This document shows, piece after piece, positions 11,101 to 22,400 of a DNA stretch of 64,000 nucleotides. Each line of letters opens with the position of its first letter. The stretch's first letter is position 1. The translations under genes and the position numbers were made by a program. This stretch comes from Narcine bancroftii (taxonomy: Eukaryota). The DNA lies in assembly GCF_036971445.1 (NCBI RefSeq), contig NC_091476.1, positions 6,572,001 to 6,636,000 on the forward strand. Direction: 5' to 3'. Below the pieces are notes generated by a model. The model searched no databases. It was given only the letters and a program-made list of their open reading frames with translations, and was not told the origin of the DNA.

Positions 11101-13399
11101 TTGATTTGCTGTTAGAATGGGCACCTCACATATTCTGAACATTGAAAAGTTAAGATCCATGAATAAGAATTATTAACTGTTAACAGATGAATCTATGATA
11201 TTTAAAGCTAAAATCCTACAGTTGTGATGAATGGAAGGCAACTTCCAACAGTTTCATTTATGAATATTTGCTGAATAAGGAAATGAAACCATGTATAATT
11301 GGATTTATGTGGCTATTTTCAGTTTTCACTTACTTGTGCAATTGCTTACTTCATAAGACATGATAAATTGAAAGTTTATAAATTCTATAGCTCTGGAATA
11401 TTATCTCAACCAACCTTTCCATTAATTTGTGGTCATCCTTTTCAATTATTCAAATGATGTGGGGAATTGTAAATAAAAGCTTGTATTTTAATAACTAATA
11501 AAGCTTTCACTTTCCAGTGCCACTTCCAAATTGTTCATGTTCCACAGTGTTACGGTTTCCCTGACCCATTCTCTAATGGTCAGTAAATTTCATTATTTGG
11601 GCTCAGACCTATGTTTATTATTTATCCTGACCAGATTAAATATATTCGTCAATGAAGGTTGAGAGTAAATTCCTGGAAATGCTTAATCCAAATTACCAAT
11701 TGTTATTTAACTAATAATAAGAGTATTTCTACTTGTAAGATTACCACAAAGGCTTGTCTTTTATTGATATTCTACAATATTACTTCGATTTTATGGTTGC
11801 AGATTTAGTTTTCTTTACTACAGGGCAGGAATGAGACTTCTATAACATTCGCAATGGAAATTGAACCAACAAATGGAGGATGTTTTCCTTTCAGAATTTC
11901 TTTCTCGCTGGCTTTACTGTCTTCAGGGAAAATCACACGACGACAAATGATAAACATCTATGGATTTTTTTTTCATTCCTTAAGTGAAATCTGATTTGTT
12001 GAACAGAAAATCCATAATTAAAGTGATGGAATTGCACAGCAATTCAGGTAGTTATGTATAAAGAGTTAACATCTCATCAGAACAGGAAAAAATAAAATTG
12101 AAACAGGTCTTGAATTGCAGGGAAAGAGGAATATGGCTTGGCGATATTCTCAAAGGAGAGATCCATTCGGCAAGATTTCAAGCTTTATTTTATTAAAAAT
12201 TAGCATTATTTATTACCCAACCAGACCTTTCCCAGTAAGACTGAAAAATTAAGAATATTTAAGAAGCTACTTAAGCATAGAGCTTGAGGTTCTACTGTGT
12301 AGGGTTTTTTTGTAAGCCCATCATTATTTATATATACAGTACTCAATGTCTCTCCACTCAGGTTTCCACATATTAATTGTGTGTCCATCAAAACAAAGGA
12401 GATGGTCTCACAGGGTAGGACAGGCTATGCCTGAGGAGAAGTTGATATTGTTATCTAAAGTTCTCAGCAGCTTTTGAAATAAATCACTTTTTTTTTAAAA
12501 GGTGTCGTCCAGCTCCCAGATGTCATATTTTATACGTGCATCAATTTTTAACATGCATGCATTTTTGAACTGTATATTGGTTTGCTATTCTTTATACATT
12601 TCAAAATTTATAATAACCAAACAAACTTTTTGGAAGTTCAGAAGTAACACAGATACAGTACGCAAGAACTGCATGGATGTGTTACACCAAAAATTGTACT
12701 AAACATTTTGATTACATAATGAACACTGATGGAGTGTACAAAACTCTGGATGGGATACTATAAATATATTGTAAATGCAGAATCAGTACATATGGATTAC
12801 TCTATATACACAGAATTGCACACAGTAATACTGAAAAATAACAAATAGAATTAAACTTCATGGATAATACCACTGCCTAAAAAAAAGACTTGAATGAGGC
12901 ATGCAGTCCAGCACTCAACTGAGTAGAGAAGGGGGAAACCCTCATCAATTGAGAAGTACGATTAGCTCCAGATTTCTCTAACACAAACAGGCAGCCAGTA
13001 CTGCATTTCCATATCAGAAGTCCTCTTCCATTGGGACCCAGTCCTTTGTCTCATTGTTGTCCGGCCCCATCAATTCCTCTTAAGAACATTTTCTAATTAG
13101 CACTCGTTTCTGTTAGATCCATGAAAGAGAAGAGGATCCATTCTTTGGAAAACTCTGGTCTTTCCTTATATTGTTCAAAGTTAATTAAGAGGTTGGGAGT
13201 AAACTACAGTACTTGGCAAGCAAACCGCTCATTAGATGAAAATTATTTCATCATCTTCAATCATACTCCAAGTTTCTTCAATCCTTATGAAATCAGGCAC
13301 TTGTTAAAAAAGCTGCTCAATTGGTAAAAACAGTGAGTCTCTGTTGTGGTCACTTCGCCGCAATAGTCAATGTGTGGAGGGGGGTTCCAACCATATGCT

Positions 13400-13464
13400 T
13401 TAGACATTCAGGATCTCAAATTCTTCTTCCGATTCAAACAGTTTGTCAGCTGGCTCGACAAACT
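13400..13464 (-). CDS. ATG4A: ATG4A exon 13, coding part (EFVEPADKLFESEEEFEILNV*), C-terminal LIR FEIL
   Basis: cag acceptor, TAA stop at 13402-13400, acidic stretch plus FEIL. Confidence 0.95.
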
Positions 13465-16400
13465 CTGGGGAGGTCAAAAATACAAAAGTAAACATGACTT
13501 TTTACTTGGCAGCACTCTAAGAAAGGAGAGAAAATACTGGAAATTGGTCATTTCTTGCTGATAAAGATGTTGATTCAAGTGTCAAATTAAACAGGAAAGA
13601 AAAAATTCATGGATTATTCAACACCAATTAGGAATAAGACATGTACTGGAGAAAGGAAAATTAATTAACCCAATAGAATATCTCATTCCCTTCTTTATGT
13701 CAGTAATGTTTTGATACAGCAGAATAAGAACATTTTCATTTCCTTGTTAAAAGTTAAATAACAAAACGAATCTAAAATGGTTCGACAAACTTGAGGATTG
13801 AACTGTGGCAAAGCAGTTTATAAGGGAACAGTCAGGAAGGAGGGACATGGAAAATGAAGGAAATTTTGAGGAAGATTCTGGAGGAATATAAAGGTTTGAG
13901 GACTGTATTTTGCAGCCCATGGTGGAGTATAAATAGTAGCATGGTAAGAAGTGAACGAGTGCAGTTTGTTACTTCGAAACAAGTCCTGGGAAAAATTCTG
14001 ACCTGGTAGAATTAGTTCATTGGAGAGAAGGCGGTGCTGAGAAGTGAGAATGAATTGGGTTAATATCACCAGGCAGAATGTAGGCCAGGATGTAGCTTCA
14101 GCAAAGAATATCACTGAAGTGGTTGGCATAAACGACAGGGAAGAAGTGGTGTCTTGAAATGACAACTGGGATATTAAATAAAATAAATGTCTTAGCATAG
14201 TCCTCACCTGCACCTGTGGTCAGTACTTCAGGTTTAGTTGCAGGGATAAATGGAGGCCAATGTGCAGGATGCTTCTCAACTAGTTCAAACATTCGGAAAC
14301 TTTGTGTCTTCAGGATTTCCTGTCAATTTGATGTTCAGGTCATTATGACACAGATAAAGCAAGGATTTATTTTATTATATAGACTTAACATATTAATTTA
14401 TGCCACATCCACTTGGTCTCAGGTTCTGGATCTTAAGCCAATATAAACTGATAGAGGTTAAAAACCTTTTCATTCTCTATGCCTTATTATCACAGCCGGG
14501 AGGCTACAAAAGATAGCCAACGTAGCCAGGTCTAATACAAGCATTTATTTGGTTGCAGCAAAAAATAACTTTGGTGCATATGTACATTGTACAATGTGGA
14601 CACCGATAAATTAATGATCATAATGGCAAGCTCCTCAGAAACATTTAAACCTTGGCTAGGTGAATCGGTGTCCACAATACTTGCCAAATTTCTTTGGTGT
14701 GAGGCCAATCTCATACTTGCACGTGCTGATGGAATATGTGTCACTTGGCTACTGAAGAAAATCCTTTCTTAAATGTTAGGCTTCCTTTTGCAAATGACAC
14801 TTCCTTCTGGTCTGAGCAAAGAACTGAAAAAGAATGTCTACAAGTGCATATTATATTCCTAGAAACCCTCTGGTTCTTAACGACGAAAAAGACTGTGCTC
14901 CCTTTAGTGACAGAGGTTTTTCCCCTCAATAAACAAAATGAGCTTAGAAATAAAGAAAACCAAAGGATTCTTAGCTCTAGCAACACCAATGACTAAAAAG
15001 GACCTGCAGGAGTCAAGGCAGCTGCTCATCACCACCCTCTCAATCCAAGAGTGATGGACAATAAATGCAAGCTTTCCCAGTTATACCCATATCTTGGAAA
15101 ATGAATTATTTTATTTTTTAGATTGAATAAAAAAATAATAATTTCATACCTTCTGTACAAAACTACACCAGTTTTCAAAATCTCTTTCAGTGTTGCAAAA
15201 AAATCCCTGTAATAAGAAGCAGATGTCAAGAAAAATAGATAAACCATCAAATAGGATGCAATTATGCACGAGGCATGTGGGGTCTAAACCTTTAATTTAC
15301 ATACTTTGACATCATTAGATTTAAAATATGTAAATTAAATGTTAGCAGAATGAATTGTGTGTATGTACATTCAGGCCAGTATACTGGCAAATCCAAGCAC
15401 CCTACAACTGTTCACAGCAAGCTCCTTCCCTGCAGGAAATTAAGAGCAGAAGGCAAACAAGATGACCAAGGAACCTCTGATCAATGATGCTCCTGTGCTT
15501 ACCTCAGCATTAGTGGAGGACTAAGAGGAGTCATTTTTGTTTGGACTACACCCAAGAGGTAAAATTCAATTTTCTCTTTTATCTGCAAACAAATTAAATC
15601 TGTGGCATACAATATCTGGTCTCTTCATAGCTCAGAACCCTTAGAGCAAAATATTTCCTTCAGGTGCTGTGAGATAGGGCACAGCAAGGTCTATATCAAG
15701 TTCAACCATGCTACTTCTGAAGAGGTCCTTGGGCCTTAGCGTGAAATCTGTGATGTGAATGCCACGTGACCTTTTAGTGACCCTTTATGGAGGGGGGATA
15801 AGGAAAATGAGTGATTGCTGGGAAGTTTAAAATTTTATGAGATGACATTCTTTGAAACAGAAAATAAGAATTTGCTGCATCTGTGGAAGACTCTGTAACA
15901 TAACGCCTGAAGCAAACAGATTTGCAGTACTCAAGTTAGATGACGTAGCTAATTTGACTAGCAAAAATAATACTGTGTGGCGGCACACATCTCTGTGAGC
16001 AAACCATCCCCGTTTGAACCGCCACGCTGGCGGGGCAGCTGCAGAAGATGGCGCTGTCAGGGCTTGCTCATTGCCTCGTGGCTCAGGCCACAGCTCGCAC
16101 CCCGGGCCACGTGATGACGTCACTGCTGTGCGGGGTGGAACTCCCGTTGGTCTTAAAGGGGCGCGCCCAAAATTCAAATAAACAGTTCTACTGGAAACCC
16201 CACCGAGTCCAGGTGTTTTCTGTGTGTAGCAGCCGCTACAACTGCCCTGAAACCAGAACTCTTCCCCTTTGATTGGAGAAAGTCCTACAAGTTACTCATC
16301 CATCAGGAGGGACAATTCTTGCAAGATAACTAATGAGAAACTAAGCAATCCTTCTCATCGGGTCTAAATTTGTTTTACTTTAACAGAACTACATTTGTCC

Positions 16401-19400
16401 ACATTTGGGGACAATGACCCTTAATTATTACAACATTTGTACTAATGTTGTTTAGACTTAGCTAATGGGGTGTGTCATCTGGGTCGAGAATTACCATCTG
16501 CTTTGAATAAATAGACCTTTAGGGCTTTGTGTGTAATTAATTGTGAAAATGAACTTGTGCACATCACAGATATATAGCCTAAAAAATATTCAGTCACCTA
16601 ACATTGATGTGTGACCCAAGAAAAAAAAAGATGAAGTTTATACCCAAAAGGCAGAACAAAATTAATCAAATAATCACTCTCAAACATAAAGTTTTGCCCG
16701 TGAAGATGTTCTTGATCTTGACTGGGTAATTTGGGTGAATGTCTTGAAAAGGAAATGAGGAACCAGTATTGAAGACGGATGTTTGTCCCAGTGTCTACTT
16801 ATTACAATCAGTGGTGAGTCAACTGACATTCGTGATTTACATTTCCTAGCAGCTGGTGTGTTGTGACATTCTAGAATGTAAACCGTGCCATTATAATGCA
16901 AATTTATAAAATATGTTAGGCCTGTGCAAATAGGTTGCTATACCTACGTTTATCAATGTCACACAAACTGCGAGGATTTTGATAATTTGGGAAAAACTAT
17001 TTCCACTGATCGACAGGGTGCTTATGTTTAAGATGACAAGAGAAAAATTAAAATAAGCATTAAAAATATTTTTACTTGAGGATTGTTGAAATGCCTCAGG
17101 CTTTCCCAGGAATCATATGGAAATATATTTTTTTAAGTTTGTAAGGAATTGAACTAAGTGTCTTGTTCTAAAGGAGTGTGCATTCACATAGGATCAAGTC
17201 ATCTCCCTCTGTACCATAATACGCTGATTCCCTGACCTAGCACTGCCATGCAATTCTCCAATTCAATGTCATATCTACAAGTGTAGATCAGGATGTATAA
17301 ACCACCACAGTTTCTAGTTAATCTGTACAAAGCAAAGGGGGGGGGGGGAACGGGGGACCTGTTCCGAAATACCTCTAAAATTCCTATCAACATTAGTCTC
17401 TGGTTTTCATATATGGTGTGTCCACAGAGGTTATTCAAATATTTCAATACCAGTTGCTAAAGATCAGTGATATCTAGGTTTGCCATTTGGAAGTGCATTA
17501 TAATATTCACAACAGGTGGTGCTGTTGTGCTTTCTGAAATACATAGTGATAGTGTCTTTATCAGCGCAAGTACCACACAAAGAATGGGAATTGCTTGTCT
17601 CTTCTTGTGTAGCATTAAGATTCTGCCCTTTCAGAGTTGCTGCATGACTTTAAAAAAGTGGAATGGACACCACCAGGATTCTGAAGCCAGAGAATACCAA
17701 AAAACAGGAGCTGGTATAGGCCCCTCAAGCCTGCCCTTCCACTCAACATGATCATGGCTGATCTATGCTGACCTTAACTCCTCTGCTGTGTCTGTTTCCC
17801 ATTGCCTTCAATTCAGTGATCTTTCAAATATTGATCTAACGTCATCTTGAACAAATCTAATGATCCAGTCTCCTGGGGTAGAGGTTCACTGCACTCAGAG
17901 AAAATATTTCCACACACCTCAATTTTAAATGACTGGCACCTTAGTTTGTAGCTTTGTCCCCTTGCTCGTGCCTCTCCCACGAGTGGAAACATCTCAACCT
18001 TCGATAAATTGTAATAAGTAACTGAGTTCTGACTACGACTTTGATCTGAAATATTAACTGTTTCTCTTCCTAGCTCTGTGATTTGACCTGCTGTGTATTT
18101 CCAGCATTTTCTGTTTTTATTTAAGAATTGTAATAATTATTCAAGCTCCTTGTTCATCGAAGATATCAAAAATCACATTTTATAAAATAACTTTTGCTCC
18201 AAATCCCTTAATATCAATTTGTTATCTGAAATCTGTTCTTTTGATATAAAGTTAAAAATAGACCTAGCATTAATTAGAAACTCAAAAGCATTGATAAAAA
18301 TGAGATAATCATTAACTGTGATTAGATCCTATTAAACTTAGTGAATAGAATTTGTTGCCAGTGACAAGCATCCAGTACTCGACAGTGACCAAACTAAGTA
18401 GAAATCTATCTGACATCTGCAATATTGGCTTGCTGCTTGGAGCCATCCCAATTGTAAAGGGTGTGCTGGTAATGCTGTATGATGAGGGTGGGCGAGAGCA
18501 AGGCTTGGTTTACAGATCAATAGAGAAAAACAATTTAGTTGCAGGCTTAAACTTGTTGTCAAACCTCTCTTGGGCAGCAAATGCTTCTGAAAGTCAGGTG
18601 TTCAAAAGCATTCAAAAATTATCAAAAAATTAATGAATCAAGCATTTTAGCAAATAAAATTAAAACAATCCAAACATTGAAAATAAACTCGATTAATTTA
18701 AAAAAAATTATAAATGACCCCTTCCCCATTTTCATTGCTGCCCATTGAAATGATGGACACACAATGTGACAGGCCAGTCCTCAAGCAGAATTGTTAGAGA
18801 AATGCAGCAAGTTCTTGCTTCAGCAAACTCGAAGAGCTCAAGTGCTGAGAAGCAGAGTCATCAAACCCCAGTGAAGAGTAGATAGCAAATTTGGGAATTC
18901 AGCACATACCTGGAAGTCCCAAACTTTCTAATGTGGGGGTGATTAACAGCAACTTTTTTTAAAATGCAAGAGCCTGCAGCTGAAGCATTTTTGAGAATGA
19001 TGGTTAGGAATAAGTTACTTACGAATATTTCGTAAAAATCAGTATATGTGAAGAAAAAGTGTTAGAAGGGTAACCAAAAGGATACAAATACACGAACGGA
19101 ATGATAGAGATTCTGAGATTCACAAAATGTCATTTACATGGCTAATAAATGACATTTTCTGAGAAAATGAAAGATTTCCCTTTGTGGCATTGAACTTTGT
19201 GCAAACAAAATCAATGTAGTCTGAGAATATTTTCAGGACATAGTGACAGGTACAGGAAAACATCTATTGAACACAAATAACGGAAAAGCAACATAGCTTA
19301 TAAGGGGAAACAGAACATTGATTAAAAAAAAACCATTTACATCAAATGGCACATGGACAAGGGAAGAACTGGATCTTTGAAAACAGAGATGGTGACAGTT

Positions 19401-22400
19401 AAACATGCAGGACTAAACACCAATAACTCAGGAACTAAAGGAAAGGGATATCAACAGATACATGGGGCCCAATGAATAAATTACATTTTTCCATAAAGTG
19501 TTATGTTTGACATGCTCTTTTTGCCTATAATTCCTCTTTTCTGCATTCAAACATGAGCATTAAGAAATGGGACCTGAATGTAAACATTTGCCTGTCAACA
19601 AAATTTATTAACAATCTTAACAAAACAAACTTATTTATAAACTACAATAAAATAGGAAAATGTCCTAGCAATTAGACAAACAAGAAAATGTTCTGTTAAA
19701 GGATTTAGGAAGTACTAAAAACAACTTGTCGAAATGTTAAGCACAAGGAGAGGGAGGGGGAAGGGGTTTGTGAGCCATGTTCACACCCTCTGCAGTTTCT
19801 TGCTTGGGTGGAGCAGTTCCCACTCTACACAGGGCTGCACCCTCTGTAGACATGGTTAAGAGATGCATGTGACATGCCAAATTTCCTCAGCCTTCTGAGG
19901 GATTCAGGGCATTGGTGCACCTTCATGGCCACTTCATCGACGTGGGGCAGGACAAGTCACTGGGAATGTTGATTCTCGAGATCACCAATACAATACCGTT
20001 ACAAGAAAATTCATTAAAGAATTCAGATAAAGCAAGTTACCCAAAAGTGGTGAGAACATGAAACACCAATTCATTGTAGTGTACATTATAAATACATTTG
20101 AAGGAGGCGGTTCAAGCATATGAGGCAAAAGAAGATAGAAGGTTTTGCAAAAAGCTTTAGATGAACAAGGACAGAACAAGACCCAATTGAAGTATGAGCG
20201 TTAGTTCTGATTTGTTGAGATGAAGGGCCTGCTTCAGTGCTATATGGAGATGCCAAAGAAAAAGACAAGAAATAAACACAGAGAGTTGTGAACTCAGGCA
20301 GCAACCATCATGGCCATTCGTCTTCACTTGTTCGAGGTCATCTACAAGAGGCAGTGCCTTAAGAAAGCAGCTTCTATCCTCAAGGACCCCCAGCACCCAG
20401 GTCATGCTCTTTTCACTCTGCTATCATCTGGAAGGGGGTACAAGAACCTGAAGACGAATCCCCAGTGGCACAAGGACGGCTTCTTCCCTTCCGCCATCAG
20501 ATTTCTGAATGGACATTGAACCACAGACACTACCTCACTTTCTCTTCTTTTTGCACTAACTTATTTATTTTAAAATGTAATTTATAGCAATATTTTCACT
20601 GTGATTACTGTCCCAAACAACCAATTTTGTGATTTGTTCATGACAATAAATTGAAACTGAAAATTTATCAAAATTCTGATTCGGCGAAACAAATCATTTT
20701 TTGAGAGATTAGTCATTACAAGTGATATTCATGGTTGAGACAACAAAACAGGATTGGGTTGTATCACTCACTAAAGCTACTGAAGGGTCGAGATTTGTAA
20801 TTTTCATACGATAAGGTGCTCGGTGACAATGATAACTGCGGTCATCCACACTCCCATCATTCTCTGTGTCCACTGCAGCCTGAGTAGTATGGGGGTCCAA
20901 ATAGATTAATTCATCTCCTATGTAGACAGCAGAAAATATTTCAGTCATATGTGTAGCATTCAGCGTCGCACCAGGATGAATTAATAAAAATTACCGTACA
21001 TCACCACCTTTGCATTCTACATCGTTGCACAATACTGACATATTGTACTCAGTACAACTTATTTAATACAAATTACAGCCTATCTACCTGATCCAAATTC
21101 TAGATGACCCAATTATATATGCCAAGTTCAGATTCTCAAAAAAAGACTCCCTAGGTTAGTGTGGGATAATGCCAAATAGAGTTGTTAAAAATTATAAATA
21201 ATAGAAGCAGAGTTGATAGGGAGTAAGTTTTCTCATTAGCAAAAGGGCCAAGAGCCAGTGGACAGAGGCCAAAGAAGACTGGTGAAAAGAACCAAAAATT
21301 AATACTGTGGAAGGATTTATTTTTAAACCACCTTGGCCTGGGGGGGGGTTTGCATCTTCAGATCCTAAAATAAGTGGTTACTGGATGCCAAATTATTGAG
21401 TTCCACTGCATTTTAATGGAGAAAACTTGCAGAAATCTGCAAAAGAAGGAATTTTGGGGCCCTTGTCCACGAAACCCAGAAGGTTAGTACATAATTGAAG
21501 CGAGTAATAGGGAAAGCTAATGGAATGTTGGCCATTGTTCAAGGGGGGGGGGGGGGAGGGAGGGCAATGAATATAAAAGTAGAGAAACCTGATTGTTCAA
21601 CTGTTCAAGGTCCCCTATGTTAGGAAATGAATAATTTCCTTTGAGTGGTTCAGAGGAGGTTTTCTGTGATGATCCCAGGTACAGAACAGTTAGTTTAAAT
21701 AGCTTGTACCCTACTCATTGGAGTTTAGAAGAATGAGAGCCACTTCTTATTGAAACGTTTAAGATTTGAAGGGAATGGGTATAGTATACACTGAAATGAT
21801 ATTTCCTCTTGTGGAAGAGTCAAGAACCAGAGGGCATAGTTTTTTTAGAATAATAGTTAAGACTAATTAAGCTTTCAAGATCCTAGGATTCCATATAGTG
21901 AGGGAGAAGAAGGCACACTCATGCCTCAACTTTCTAAAGAAGTCTTGTGAGATTTGGGCTGTTGTTAATACTCCATCGAACTTCCACAGTTGGACTGTGG
22001 AAAGTATGGTGACTGGCTACATTGTGGTCTGGTAAGGAAGCTTGAGTGCCCAGAAATGCTTAAGGCTACAGAAAATAGCAAACCTATTCAAGTCCATCAT
22101 GGACACTGACCTCTTGTTCCTTGAAGATATCTATGTGAAACACTGCTTCAAGAAGGCAGCTAACACCACAAGATAAAGGAACAGAAGTAGGCTATTTGAC
22201 CCATTGAGTCCACTCCACAACTCCAGCCTGAGCTAAACTGTTCTCACATCTAGTTCCAAATACCAGCCTTTTCCCCATATCCCTTGATAACCTGGTTAAT
22301 TAGATACTTATCAATCTCCTCCTTAAACTCCTCCCATGATCCGGCCTCCACAGCTGTAGGTGCCAACAAATTCCACAAATCTACAATCCTCTAACTAAAG

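Noticed and set aside
12184-12194. Overlapping AATAAA on the minus strand as the ATG4A poly(A) signal
   Set aside because: Plausible (~1.2-kb 3' UTR), but such hexamers are common in this AT-rich DNA; 3'-end data are needed.
1-13399. COL4A6 3' exons expected from human synteny
   Set aside because: I found no Gly-X-Y or NC1-domain coding sequence; the interval holds the BAFF-like gene instead.
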